NCBI GenBank assembly: GCA_965246715.1
Contig: CBDFFH010000035.1
Span: forward strand, 1 to 64,000
DNA length: 64,000 nucleotides
DNA from: Chamaesiphon sp.
GTDB taxonomy: Bacteria > Cyanobacteriota > Cyanobacteriia > Cyanobacteriales > Chamaesiphonaceae
Direction: 5' to 3'
The position numbers were made by a program, and so were the translations under genes. This document shows, piece by piece, positions 32,761 through 43,585 of the stretch (positions are counted from its first letter, which is position 1; every line of letters begins with the position of its first letter). The notes below the pieces were generated by a model that ran no database searches, was not told the origin of the DNA, and saw only the letters and a list, made by a program, of their open reading frames with translations.

Positions 32761-33810
32761 TCACTCGATCGGCCGATTACCGAAGGCAGATCTTCGACTA
32801 CCGCGCCAAACTCCAGGGGGCATCCCGACATACCGCTTAAAGGCTCGATTAAAAGCTGCTTCTGACTCATAACCTACTTGAATTGCAATTTTGGCGATGC
32901 TGTCATCACTATGCTGCAACTGTTGAGACGCTAATTGGAGTCGCCAATAAGTCAAATACTTCATCGGCGGTTGTCCTAACAATTGGGTGAAGCGAGCAGC
33001 CAATGCCGAACGCGATATACTCATTCGATCGGCCAAGGCGGAAACAGTCCAAGGATAAGCCGGATCGCCGTGAATCCGATCCAGTACCTGACTCACAATG
33101 GGATCTTTAAGAGCAGACCACCATCCAATCTGCTGGGCTGGCAAATTCTGCATATAGTTCCGCAGAATCTCAATAAACATGAGTTCGACTAGCCGTGTCA
33201 GCGAACACATGCTCCCAGATTGGAAGCAGTCTGTTTCGTGGATAATGTAGCGTACACCAGCTGCTAATAGTGGTGCTGTAGGTTCTGCAAATGCCCGAAC
33301 GTGCATTAGAGCTGGTAGGGTTTTGAGGAATGGATACAGCAGCAGTTCTTCACATTGTAAGAATCCACAAACTAATTTGGTAACTTCACCCCCACCGCCA
33401 TGCTTCAAAATCAGCGGTTCCACCCAGGGTGGCTCGGGTAACAACTGACTGACAGGCACTGGCTCTCGATCGAGGCAATCTCCGAGGATGTGGGAATCTC
33501 CATGCGGGAAAATAATAATGTCGCCCGGGGAAAGGAACTTGCGCGTGCCATCAATTGCTTGAACCCAGCAGTTGCCTTTGGCAATGATGTGGAAGGGCAG
33601 AATGTGTTTCGTCTGTGCCTGTAATGCGGCAACAAAATCGGAATGTGGCAAGGATTGCAGGATCCAGGGCGCAGAAAGTTCGGGGCGGAGGTGGAGCGCC
33701 CCTGAAAATCTGATGCTGCGAAGGATATCAGAGAGAATATCCTTGGGTAGGGGGAGCGAATCGGAGCGTCTCTGTGGAGTTTCGGTCAAAAATCTCAGAG
33801 CTTTAGTCAT
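32761..33810 (-). CDS. AraC family regulator with cupin_6 sensor domain
   Basis: FHIIAKGNCW, SRSALAARF and VGYESEAAFNRAFKR motifs. Confidence 0.9.
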   Translation of the reverse strand: MTKALRFLTETPQRRSDSLPLPKDILSDILRSIRFSGALHLRPELSAPWILQSLPHSDFVAALQAQTKHILPFHIIAKGNCWVQAIDGTRKFLSPGDIIIFPHGDSHILGDCLDREPVPVSQLLPEPPWVEPLILKHGGGGEVTKLVCGFLQCEELLLYPFLKTLPALMHVRAFAEPTAPLLAAGVRYIIHETDCFQSGSMCSLTRLVELMFIEILRNYMQNLPAQQIGWWSALKDPIVSQVLDRIHGDPAYPWTVSALADRMSISRSALAARFTQLLGQPPMKYLTYWRLQLASQQLQHSDDSIAKIAIQVGYESEAAFNRAFKRYVGMPPGVWRGSRRSAFGNRPIE

Positions 33811-33940
33811 TGCCCGTTTAGCTTGAAGCGTTCAAGCTAGAGATATAGAAATTTGTACTCGGATAGCAGCTAGCGAAGCCATCCAGCGACTCGATCGCCC
33901 AGCTAGCCTGTTTTAATTGTAATACTTTAGGAGACTGCTG

Positions 33941-34720
33941 ATGGTCGAACAAACTCTTCATGCCAAGCGACAACAAAATAAGACTGCTCGAATTGCCGCG
34001 TTTCTCTATGGTTTGGTCTGCTATGCATTCAGCGTAGCGACACTGCTTTATCTGGGCGGATTTGTTGGGAATTTTGGCGTTTCCCGTTCGATCGATTCAG
34101 TACCGGCGATCTCCTGGGACAAGGCTTTGCTAATCGATGCTGCCGCGATCGGCATCTTTGGCATTCAACACAGTGTCATGGCTCGTCCCGGCTTCAAAAA
34201 CTGGTGGACTCAGTTTGTACCGAAACCCGTCGAACGGAGCACTTATCTCCTGTTTACGAACCTCTGCTTGGGTATTCTGTTCTATTTCTGGCAACCCATC
34301 GGGGGCACAATTTGGCATGTCACAAATACCACAGGGGTTGTTATTTTCTATGCCTTATTTGCATCTGGTTGGTTGCTGTTGCTAGTGTCAACATTCTACA
34401 TCAATCACTTCGATCTGTTTGGTCTGCGCCAAGTCTGGCTCTATCTGCATGGGAAAGAATATACCCCACTAAATTTTGCGACCCCTGGTGTTTACAAATA
34501 TGTACGTCATCCCATCTATGTCGGGTTGCTGTTAGCCTTCTGGTTCACGCCGACGATGACAGTGACTCACCTAGTATTTGCACTGATTACCACAGTATAT
34601 ATTCTAATTGCCATTCAGTTTGAAGAACGCGATCTGATGGATGTGTTTGGCAAGAAATATGCAGATTATCGTCTTCGAGTGCCAATGCTAGTTCCGTTCA
34701 CTCGCCAGCACGAACTATAG
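33941..34720 (+). CDS. mddA: Methanethiol S-methyltransferase-like membrane methyltransferase
   Basis: QHSVMARPGFK, VERSTY, INHFDLFGLRQV and VRHPIYVG motifs. Confidence 0.78.
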   Translation: MVEQTLHAKRQQNKTARIAAFLYGLVCYAFSVATLLYLGGFVGNFGVSRSIDSVPAISWDKALLIDAAAIGIFGIQHSVMARPGFKNWWTQFVPKPVERSTYLLFTNLCLGILFYFWQPIGGTIWHVTNTTGVVIFYALFASGWLLLLVSTFYINHFDLFGLRQVWLYLHGKEYTPLNFATPGVYKYVRHPIYVGLLLAFWFTPTMTVTHLVFALITTVYILIAIQFEERDLMDVFGKKYADYRLRVPMLVPFTRQHEL

Positions 34721-34881
34721 GCAATCGCGGCGCTCGCAGCATTACCAAGGGGCATTTAGTCGAACAACTAACTCAAGGAGAACTCTCATGACCGTATATC
34801 CCTCTTTTATCACTCCAGGAAAGGTAAAATCGCTCTCGATCGATAGAGATGTCTTCACGCAAGCGATCGAGAGCTTAATTA

Positions 34882-35118
34882 ACGTGAGTTCGGGATAAGG
34901 AAAATCGATCTGCTCTGTTCAAGCACCGCCCTGAACTATAAGTGTTTCGTTCCGAAAGGCTACGCCAACGGGCTAATAGCAAAAGTTCGTTGAAACGAAC
35001 TAATCAATTGGGCAGTTCTCTTCAGAGAACTTTTGCTATGAGCAACTAATTCATTTGAGGGCGGTTCAGAAACGAAGCTAGGAGTCATTAAGTGGACATC
35101 TTTAACCCGAACTCACGT
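34882..35118. mobile_element. MITE, ACGTGAGTTCGGG-end family, TSD TAATTA
   Basis: taatta at 34876-34881 and 35119-35124. Confidence 0.88.
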
Positions 35119-35249
35119 TAATTACTAACAGTTTCAATTTTCACCGCCCCCAATTCTAAAATGTTAGAAATTAGCTCTCAAACCTTAGACAGTAAACGAT
35201 ATTCGGTCGAAAGCAAATTTAATCTTCTGACGAGAGTAATAAAAGAGGG

Positions 35250-35840
35250 ATAGATATCCTCGAACTACTGGCAATCGATCGAGCAGTAGAAGTACTCCAA
35301 AATCTAGCTATCAATCGCAATATAACCGATAGCATCTTAACAAGACTATCAACAGATCCAGACTCAATGGTTCGTACCGCGATCGCACTCAATCCTAACA
35401 TACCGATTGATACGCTCGATCGACTAGCAACAGATGAAAAAATCGAAGTTCGTCGTGCAGTAGCTAGAAATTCCGAAGCACCTGCCAGTCTTAAAGATAA
35501 GTTGCGAGATGTATTACCAGACTCGATTCCGCGCCATCGATCTTTTTTTACTCTACGGAGTTTATCTCGTGTTTACAATCCTAAAACTGACTATATAACG
35601 ACTATTTTGGGAGAATATTCTCAGTCAGATAATCTCTTCGTGCGACTGGTAATATTACGCCATCCACTGACACCGATCGAGATTTTAGAACGGGGAATGC
35701 GATCGATCGAATGGATCGATCGGTATGCTGTTGCCGATAATCCTAGCACTCCAGAATCAATTCACCGCCAACTCACTCAAGATAGCAATCAGATCGTGCG
35801 TGCTGTTGCTAATGCTAATTCGATCGGTAATAGAGCATAA
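35250..35840 (+). pseudogene. 5'-truncated leucine-rich-variant/HEAT-like repeat protein
   Basis: Repeated VR.A.A.NP.TP units; the frame is open upstream of the 35367 ATG but has no start. Confidence 0.6.
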
Positions 35841-35970
35841 AAAACTAAATATATGAACTCATAAACAGAGCAATTATTAGGAACGTTAGAAGTTCTCGCT
35901 CAGTCAGGTAGACGCGACCCGAATTTTCTGGGAAAATAAAGCTAGTGAAGAATTTAATATTTGGAATTTA

Positions 35971-36729
35971 TTGAAGCTTGAAGGTTTGGTGAAAGAAACC
36001 GATCTAGAGCTAGTATTTCAGCATTGGCAAAAAATGGAAGAGTGGGTTACACTTACCGATATGCACCGAGATGATTGTGAATATGCACCGTATCGATCGG
36101 AACGTGAAGAGTATGAAGAAGATTGGAATGAATCGATCGCGCTCGAAAGAAAAGATTTATATCAACAACTTCACCAAGCATTAACTACAGATTTCACTAA
36201 TCTCCAAGCCTACAAAATATTAATTTCGGGCAAATCCAGTTTTTACATATCGATTATCATTGCTGAAGCAGTCGATGGTAAATGGTTATGCCTTACTCCT
36301 ACCATTCCAGACCAAGTTATCAAAAATGACGAACTAAATAATGGATCGAGAATACATGATATCGATAATACTCTCGTTTCCAATATCTCTGAAATCTTAA
36401 GGCTACTAAAGCCACTAAAAATGTATGGCTATTATCATGGAGGATATAACTATTGCTATCATCATCAGATTATTCGGACGATCTCACCTACTAAAGAAAA
36501 AGCGTTTGAGGAAGCTTTGCAAGCAGCTAGCATGGTCACAATTAATTCAGCAACTAGTGAATACAATGATGATGATAAGCTCATCCAATTCATTAATAAA
36601 TGCCTACTGGATCTAACTTATTATACTGGTGATTTTTGGGAAGTGGGCTTTATTTACAAACTGGCTAGAACAGAAGATTACGATTGGATGAGAGTGCGAA
36701 CTTTTGTTGAGTTTGAATACAATCCTTGA
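35971..36729 (+). CDS. Hypothetical protein
   Basis: 252-aa AT-rich ORF; start uncertain. Confidence 0.55.
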   Translation: MKLEGLVKETDLELVFQHWQKMEEWVTLTDMHRDDCEYAPYRSEREEYEEDWNESIALERKDLYQQLHQALTTDFTNLQAYKILISGKSSFYISIIIAEAVDGKWLCLTPTIPDQVIKNDELNNGSRIHDIDNTLVSNISEILRLLKPLKMYGYYHGGYNYCYHHQIIRTISPTKEKAFEEALQAASMVTINSATSEYNDDDKLIQFINKCLLDLTYYTGDFWEVGFIYKLARTEDYDWMRVRTFVEFEYNP

Positions 36730-36946
36730 TTTTCGACAATAATAAAATAAAACTGACATAGAATAACAGTAACAAACACCAGAGATTATTAACTCGCACC
36801 CAAGTATATCGCCAACGCCTACATTCAAAGTGTGCGCGGTGAGTAATCGATCGAGGCATTAGCTTACGAATATAGCATCGCGGCTAAGGATGAGGAAATT
36901 CTCTAAAATAGTAAAAGTAACAATCTGTTGAGGCTAGCAATTCGAG

Positions 36947-37423
36947 ATGACACTTACTCAATCAGCAACACCCGATCGAGTGCAACAAAGATCCTGGCAA
37001 ATTGAGTTGCTCTATGATGGCGCTTGTCCCTTGTGCGTCCGCGAAGTTAACTTTTTAAAAACTAAAGATGCCGGACGTGGACTGGTATCGTTTGTCGATA
37101 TTGCCGAGGATAACTACAATCCTGTCGAACATGCGGGAATTGATTTTGAGACGGCAATGGGACGCATCCATGCGATATTACCCGATGGCACCATCATTCA
37201 AAATGTCGAGGTGTTTCGGCGTACTTATGAAATTTTGGGGATTGGTTGGATCTATGCCATTACCAGAATACCCGCGATCGAATATTTAGCCAATCTCCTG
37301 TATGGTATCTGGGCAGATCTGCGGCTAGTTTTAACAGGTAGACCAAATTTAGCATCGATCGTTGCCAGCCGCCAGCAACGCCTCAATAGCTGCAAAGTTT
37401 GTCAGCAAGAAGCAATTAAATAA
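36947..37423 (+). CDS. DCC family thiol-disulfide oxidoreductase (DUF393)
   Basis: LLYDGACPLC and AMGRIHA motifs. Confidence 0.88.
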   Translation: MTLTQSATPDRVQQRSWQIELLYDGACPLCVREVNFLKTKDAGRGLVSFVDIAEDNYNPVEHAGIDFETAMGRIHAILPDGTIIQNVEVFRRTYEILGIGWIYAITRIPAIEYLANLLYGIWADLRLVLTGRPNLASIVASRQQRLNSCKVCQQEAIK

Positions 37424-37470
37424 CCATTTACTGTTCGCTGTCCACTATTTCCTATTCCCTATTCCCTCAA

Positions 37471-37965
37471 ATGCGACCAATACCAATTCCACCCCAACCC
37501 GGACAAGAATCCGTCTGGGACTATCCCCGTCCCGCGCGATTAGAAGATACCGACAAACACCTGCGGATCGTGTTTAATGGTGTCACGATCGCCGAAACCA
37601 GCAGCGCAAAACGAGTTTTAGAGACCAGCCATCCGCCAGTCTATTACATTAGCGCGGAAGATATTCAGCTCGAATATCTCGTTCAGACGGCTCAACAGAC
37701 TTGGTGCGAGTGGAAAGGTCAAAGTACATACTATGACGTATCTGTAGGCAATAAACGCGCCGCTAATGCGGCTTGGCGGTATATCGATCCCACGCCTAAT
37801 TTTCTGTCGATTCGCGAATATTACAGCTTTTACGCTAGTTTGATGGATGCTTGTTATGTCAATGATGAGCTGGTAATTCCTCAAGTCGGTGACTTTTATG
37901 GTGGCTGGATTACTAGCGATGTCGTGGGGCCATTTAAAGGCGGTGTCGGTACGATTGGCTGGTAG
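37471..37965 (+). CDS. DUF427 domain protein
   Basis: ESVWDYPRP, ETSHPPVYY, CEWKG and FYGGWIT motifs. Confidence 0.88.
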   Translation: MRPIPIPPQPGQESVWDYPRPARLEDTDKHLRIVFNGVTIAETSSAKRVLETSHPPVYYISAEDIQLEYLVQTAQQTWCEWKGQSTYYDVSVGNKRAANAAWRYIDPTPNFLSIREYYSFYASLMDACYVNDELVIPQVGDFYGGWITSDVVGPFKGGVGTIGW

Positions 37966-37997
37966 GAGACAGCCGCGATAATTTTCGTTCCACAGCT

Positions 37998-38029
37998 AAA
38001 GCCCCAACTTCTTGAAGAAGTTGGGGCTT
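37998..38029. terminator. Palindrome, probable terminator or repeat
   Basis: aagccccaacttctt-g-aagaagttggggctt. Confidence 0.55.
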
Positions 38030-38100
38030 CGTCCTGAATGGCTCAAATATTGCGTCGATCGCATCCTTGTATTAATTAAACACAGAATACATGAACTATC

Positions 38101-38248
38101 AGTGCAGATCTATTACACCAGCGATAGCGTCAAAAAATAGTCAATATCCCTATATACAATTTACCAACGATTTCACGCCAAATAGCCGATTAGTGCGGAT
38201 CTATTACACCATCAATAGCGGTCAAAAATAGTCAATATCCCTACATAC
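38101..38248 (+). repeat. Two imperfect ~57-bp direct repeats upstream of the Rep gene
   Basis: 38101-38157 and 38192-38248 share gatctattacacca and aaaaatagtcaatatcccta. Confidence 0.85.
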
Positions 38249-38337
38249 GAGCGAATAAATTTTTTCTTATTAATTTCTGTTTTTTTGAGGAGTTTCGGCT
38301 AGAATATGAATCCGCCTCCTCGACACTTCGCTCCTGC

Positions 38338-41300
38338 ATGAGAACATCCGAATTACACTCAAACCACTACACGGAATTAGTTACAGCTAGTGGAATCGAT
38401 CGTGACTTGGTAACTCTTAACTTCACATCTTTAGACGGTAATTCTGCTTACGATCGGTTGTTTATTTCACCACAACTTCCCCGAAATAATAGTGGACAAG
38501 TTATCCCTAGTTGGATGCGGAGATATAGCCACTGCGCTAAGGGTGGCTGGTGGTGTAATGGCCTAGATCCACTGAATGATTGGCAGCCGATGGAATGGGG
38601 AACCTTTAAGCCTAATTCCCCTGCCAAAAATCAAGATGGAAAAATTATCAAATATGAGCATCCACCGAGTGTCTCTACCCGGTTATTTTGTTTGCGAGTA
38701 ACAAAAGAAATCTGGACGCAAACTGCGAGTATATTTAAGGCTAAACTACCAAAGAAAATTGAGGTTGACAGACAAGGTGAAGCACTTGGATTTTGGCAAT
38801 GGATTCTCGAAAAACAAATCCCGATCGTCTTGTGCGAAGGAGTGAAAAAAGCCGCTACTCTGCTGACTTCTGGCTATCCAGCGATCGCCTTAGCAGGGAT
38901 AAATAGTGGGTATCGAGCGAACCGAGATTTACAAGGCAATACTATTGGGAGAAATCTCATTCCCGATCTATTAGTATTTGCCAATCGTCGTCAAGATTTG
39001 TCGATCTGTTTCGACTATGAAATCGTACCCCGTAAAGCTAAATTACTCGATACAGCAATTGTTCATTTAGGCGAGCTACTACAGCAATCTGGCTGCAATG
39101 TTAAAGTCATTAGATTGCCAGGGCCAGAAAAGGGCATCGATGACTTTATTTTGGCTCAGGGAATTGTTGCTTTAAAGGAGCTTTTTGAACGATCGTTAGA
39201 TCTGGAAGCAGACCTCGCACAATCCAAGCGACATAGCGAATTAACTTACCCGGCTAATCTAGTGATGGAGTATCGCTATCTCCAGAAACTCGATTTGCCA
39301 ACTACGGGCATAGTCGGGATTAAGTCTGCTAAAGGTACCGGAAAAACTACCGCGTTGATTCCTGTTGTTGCGCTAGCTCAGGAACATAATCGTCCGGTTT
39401 TATTGTTGACTCATCGGATTCAATTAGGACGATTTTTATGCGAGAAAATCGGCGTAAATTGGATTAACCAACAACTCCCAAAGCAACCATCTGACAGCCT
39501 GGGATTGTGCCTAGACTCGATGTGGAAGCTCAATCCTAACGACTGGGACGGGGGGATAATTATCTTAGATGAAGTCGAACAATCATTGTGGCATTTACTG
39601 CATAGTTCTACCTGCAAAAAGAAGCGGCTGGCGATTTTAAAAACTTTTCAACACCTGATTGCGAGGGTAATCGAGACAGGTGGATTGGTAATCGCACAGG
39701 ATGCCGACTTGTCAGATATTTCGATCGATTATCTCAAACGACTAGCAAGTAATGAGATCGAACCCTGGATTGCGATCAATCAATGGCAAGCCGAACGGGG
39801 TTGGGACGTGTATTTTTACGATAGTCCCAATCCAACTGCGTTGATCTATCAATTGGAACAAGATCTCCGGGCTGGCCATAAATGTTATGTTACTACCGAT
39901 AGTCGATCGGGTCGGTATGGCTCGGATACGATCGATCGGTATATCAAACAAACTCTCAAGCAATTAGAAGATAGTTATACCAAAACACTGGTAGTTTGCA
40001 GTCACACCACCAACACTACCGGACATCCTGCGGTAGATTTTGTCTCGTCCATTAATACCCAAGCACCAGAATACGATGCGGTCTTCGTTACGCCGACATT
40101 AGGCACGGGGGTGAGTATCGATGTCAAACATTTCGATCGGGTGTATGGCATCTTTCAGGGTGTCATTCCCGACCCAGAAGTGCGTCAGGCATTAGCCAGG
40201 GTGCGCGCGAATGTCCCCCGTCATTTGTGGTGTGCCAAACGGGGGATGGGTACGATTGGTAGTGGTAGCAATAACTATCGATCGCTTGCTTATTGGTATC
40301 AAGAAAACTACAAAGAAAATTATGCACTGATGTGTCCGCTCACGCGGATCGATGTCGATTTACCCTTTGTATTCGATCCGATTCATCTCCGTACTTGGGC
40401 GCGATTTGCAGCACGGATTAATGCTTCGATTACGCTATATCGAGATGCTGTCAAAGCGGGATTGATCGGTGAAGGACATCAAATTCACCCGATTAATGAA
40501 GAGCAAGATCGCCAGAGTTTACAAGAACTCCGCACCGCATTGATGCATGCCACCAAAAATGAGCCAGCTAAATCGATCGAAATCATGCGCCAAATTGCTG
40601 ACGTGCATAAAGGTAAATCCAAACGCGATCGGGAGTATAGTTTGATCGGCACCCAAACCAAAAAAATTCAACAACAGGTCAAATCCCAAGCTGCACAGGC
40701 AATTGCCGCTGCACCAGAGATCGGACATCGCGATTATCAATACCTGACAAATAAACGGTTTTTGACAGATTTGGAACGCGCGCAAGTCGAGAAATACACT
40801 CTCCACCAACGGTATGGAGTGGTTGTTACTCCCGAGCTAAAATTGAAGGATGATAAAGGATATTATGGCCAACTCTTGACTCACTTTTATCTGCTCAATC
40901 ATCAACAATATTTACCCCAATCGATTTATTTAGTCTGGGATCGCGATGGTGAAACTAGACCCGATCGCGTATTTCTCCCCGATGCCAATCATCATATTCT
41001 CAAGATTCAAGGATTATTAGCATTAGGGCTGATAAATTTCTTAGATCCCGAGCGAACATTACAAAGTAACGACCCAGATTTGGTTTCTCTCAATCGAATT
41101 AGTTGCCTGTGTAGCCAACATATCAAACGGGCGATCGGAATCGATATCCCACAGAATAATAATGCTGAAACTAGCCCGATCCTGATTCTCAATCGGTTAT
41201 TGCAGCTCCTAGGATTGAAGGTAAATCCAATTTCAACTAGTCTCAAAGAGCGTGCTAAAACTCCTAAGACTTATCAACTCGATCGAGCGTTATTAACCGA

Positions 41301-41367
41301 CGGTCGCGACGAAATCTTCAAAGTCTGGGAACATCAGCAAAGTCGCGAACTGATGCGTTCTGCCTAA
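38338..41367 (+). CDS. CyRepA1-family replication protein (DUF3854 TOPRIM-like domain + SF2 helicase-like domain)
   Basis: KYEHP, CEGVKKA, ICFD, KGIDDF, Walker A SAKGTGKT and LDEVEQ. Confidence 0.85.
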   Translation: MRTSELHSNHYTELVTASGIDRDLVTLNFTSLDGNSAYDRLFISPQLPRNNSGQVIPSWMRRYSHCAKGGWWCNGLDPLNDWQPMEWGTFKPNSPAKNQDGKIIKYEHPPSVSTRLFCLRVTKEIWTQTASIFKAKLPKKIEVDRQGEALGFWQWILEKQIPIVLCEGVKKAATLLTSGYPAIALAGINSGYRANRDLQGNTIGRNLIPDLLVFANRRQDLSICFDYEIVPRKAKLLDTAIVHLGELLQQSGCNVKVIRLPGPEKGIDDFILAQGIVALKELFERSLDLEADLAQSKRHSELTYPANLVMEYRYLQKLDLPTTGIVGIKSAKGTGKTTALIPVVALAQEHNRPVLLLTHRIQLGRFLCEKIGVNWINQQLPKQPSDSLGLCLDSMWKLNPNDWDGGIIILDEVEQSLWHLLHSSTCKKKRLAILKTFQHLIARVIETGGLVIAQDADLSDISIDYLKRLASNEIEPWIAINQWQAERGWDVYFYDSPNPTALIYQLEQDLRAGHKCYVTTDSRSGRYGSDTIDRYIKQTLKQLEDSYTKTLVVCSHTTNTTGHPAVDFVSSINTQAPEYDAVFVTPTLGTGVSIDVKHFDRVYGIFQGVIPDPEVRQALARVRANVPRHLWCAKRGMGTIGSGSNNYRSLAYWYQENYKENYALMCPLTRIDVDLPFVFDPIHLRTWARFAARINASITLYRDAVKAGLIGEGHQIHPINEEQDRQSLQELRTALMHATKNEPAKSIEIMRQIADVHKGKSKRDREYSLIGTQTKKIQQQVKSQAAQAIAAAPEIGHRDYQYLTNKRFLTDLERAQVEKYTLHQRYGVVVTPELKLKDDKGYYGQLLTHFYLLNHQQYLPQSIYLVWDRDGETRPDRVFLPDANHHILKIQGLLALGLINFLDPERTLQSNDPDLVSLNRISCLCSQHIKRAIGIDIPQNNNAETSPILILNRLLQLLGLKVNPISTSLKERAKTPKTYQLDRALLTDGRDEIFKVWEHQQSRELMRSA

Positions 41368-41465
41368 AATTGTTAGTAAAGAAAGACTTCCTGTCAAATC
41401 TTGCATATTGAGTTTCAAACATTAACACTGTCTAAACCAGTAATTCCGTTTCGGATGAGGATATC

Positions 41466-41696
41466 ATGCAAGAGTCTATTATTTATCAGGATATTTTACA
41501 GAAAGGGGAACAGAAGGAGGCTGTAAGATTTTTAAATCGACAACTAAACCGAAATTTTGGTGCGATCGATTTGTAGATAATAAACCGAATCCAAATTTTA
41601 TCTACCGAGAAGTTAGAGATTTTGGGTGAGGATTTTTTAGGCTTCTCTGATGTTTCTGATTTACTGGCTTGGCTCGATCGATCTACAGGAAGTTAA
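41466..41696 (+). pseudogene. Stand-alone DUF4351 (Rpn C-terminal-like) ORF with in-frame TAG at 41574
   Basis: MQESIIYQDILQKG...LSTEKLEILGEDFLGFSDVSDLLAWL. Confidence 0.75.
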
Positions 41697-41825
41697 TGTT
41701 TTCTTCGATGAGAAGGGATTCAGCTCAAGAGATCGATCGAGTGTCACATAGCGATCGAACAAATAGTGATCGAGTCAGTAAATAACGATCGAATCAATAG
41801 CGATCGCAGGTGTCAAATCGATCGA

Positions 41826-41885
41826 GAGAACATACCAAAGTTGTTGCTCCGCATAAGCTTGTCTGTGGGCATCTGCCCACCCTAC
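41826..41885. repeat. REP-like junction unit 1 of 4 (others near 43376-43438, 47426-47486, 51808-51867)
   Basis: Shared gaacatRcc-aagttgttgctc-N-gtgggca..tgcccaccctac; the minus strand starts GTAGGGTGGGCA. Confidence 0.85.
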
Positions 41886-41889
41886 GGCT

Positions 41890-42055
41890 GTGGCTGTGGC
41901 GGAGATGCGGTTGTTTACGACGATTTTGCCGACGTTCGTGGGACTGATGGCGGCGGGTGCGGCGGCGATGGCTAGGGCGATTAGGGCTGGGGTGTCGTAG
42001 TATTCGGTTTTGGTTCGATCGTTGTAGATGTCGGTGGTTTTGGTGCGGCGGTTAA
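41890..42055 (-). pseudogene. YD/RHS repeat remnant
   Basis: Minus strand encodes NRRTKTTDIYNDRTKTEYYD. Confidence 0.5.
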
Positions 42056-42108
42056 CATTTTATGAGTCAAAGGTTTTAGACTAGGAATAGATATTCATAG
42101 GTAAAAAG

Positions 42109-42363
42109 ATGAGTCCACAATTACAACAAGTATTGAGTGACATAGATCGCTTGTCACCAACAGATCGAATTCAGGTAATGACTCATGTAATTGAGAGCAT
42201 CAAGGAATATGTACCGACAGAACCAATCAAACCGCAGCGGAAGTGGCACGATTTGAGAGGAATGGTGATGGCTCCGTTGATGGGTGAAGATGCTCAGGAA
42301 TGGGTATCTCGCACGCGGCAAGAAGGAGACGAACATCGCGAAAGTTTATTAAGAGCGGAATGA
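42109..42363 (+). CDS. Putative antitoxin of a PIN toxin
   Basis: 84 aa with GEDAQEWVS..R motif; stop overlaps the start of the PIN gene. Confidence 0.75.
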   Translation: MSPQLQQVLSDIDRLSPTDRIQVMTHVIESIKEYVPTEPIKPQRKWHDLRGMVMAPLMGEDAQEWVSRTRQEGDEHRESLLRAE

Positions 42364-42803
42364 TGAAAATCGAAGAAGCATTAAGGGGTGTCAACCGATT
42401 ATTTTTGGATACGGCACCAGTAGTTTATTTTGTGGAACAAAATGCTGAGTTTATCGATCGGGTGGAGCCAATTTTTTCTAGGTTAGATTTAGATATAATT
42501 GGGATCGTTTCACCAGTAACTTTGGCTGAATGTTTGGTTTTCCCGATTAAACGTGGATTCACAGATTTAGAGCAAGCTTTTGAAGAAATTATCGATACCG
42601 ATCGAGTAGAATTTATTGTTACAGATCGAGAGATTGCTAAACTGACAGCGATAATCAGAGCTAAATACAATTTTCAACTTCCTGATTCTATCCAAATTGC
42701 TACGGCGATCGAATCTAATTGCGATGCTTTTTTGACTAACGATACTACCTTGAGAAAGGTGACGGATATTAGGGCTATAGTTGTGGGTGAGTTAGAAGTT
42801 TAA
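42360..42803 (+). CDS. vapC: VapC/PIN-domain toxin
   Basis: FLDTAPVVY, TLAE, LPDSIQIATA and LTND motifs. Confidence 0.88.
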   Translation: MMKIEEALRGVNRLFLDTAPVVYFVEQNAEFIDRVEPIFSRLDLDIIGIVSPVTLAECLVFPIKRGFTDLEQAFEEIIDTDRVEFIVTDREIAKLTAIIRAKYNFQLPDSIQIATAIESNCDAFLTNDTTLRKVTDIRAIVVGELEV

Positions 42804-43009
42804 TGGAGTACTGGTTGAGAAATTCATCATCAAGCGATCGATCTAAATTACATAAATCGCCAACATGAGGGCGATCGATTATAAACATCACCCGATCGAT
42901 ATTAATAACTATCATTCGCATCATCATAACATTAGTGACCGCTCTTAAATTATTGCGATCGAGTCTGACAATTATCACTCTATCTAAATTTATCACTATC
43001 GAATATAAA

Positions 43010-43120
43010 TTACGATCGAGAGTAAATAGTCTAACGATCGAACGACTCGAATCTTTAGGTGAGGACTTACTAGATTTTACTTCAATCGAGGATTTAGAGA
43101 CATGGTTGAATCAAAAGTGA
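43010..43120 (+). pseudogene. DUF4351 fragment
   Basis: LTIERLESLGEDLLDFTSIEDLETWL. Confidence 0.75.
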
Positions 43121-43585
43121 CGATCGATCCGAGCAAGAGATCTCATTTATCTTCAACAGTAATAGCGATAGCGAAGCGCTGACGAAAGCAGGTCGAATTA
43201 TCACCTTCGATCGCGTAGCGTAGGCCAAGTCTAATCGCTCCAAATAAACACGATCGAAATAACCATCGATCGAATCTTATCAGCCAAGATCGATCGAATC
43301 ATAAGAATATTAGCGATCGAGTATAAAAGAACATCGATTCAGCAAATAAAGATCGAGTTAATTCATCAAGTTCGAGAGAACATGCCAAAGTTGTTGCTCC
43401 GAACAAGAAGCTTGCCTGTGGGCATCTGCCCACCCTACTAGCTGGCTTGGCTCGCTCTGGTGTTGTTGGGTTTCGAGACTCAACCCAACCTACAGGGAGA
43501 AATCCCACTAAATGCCCACAGTTTTAGTCTGGTCAAGCCACTACTGGAACTTTGCCCAACCTATGAAAGAATATCTACTATCTTT

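Noticed and set aside
43460..43585. N-terminal extension of the ATP-grasp ORF
   Set aside because: Begins within a REP-like hairpin; the ATG at 43586 is more plausible.
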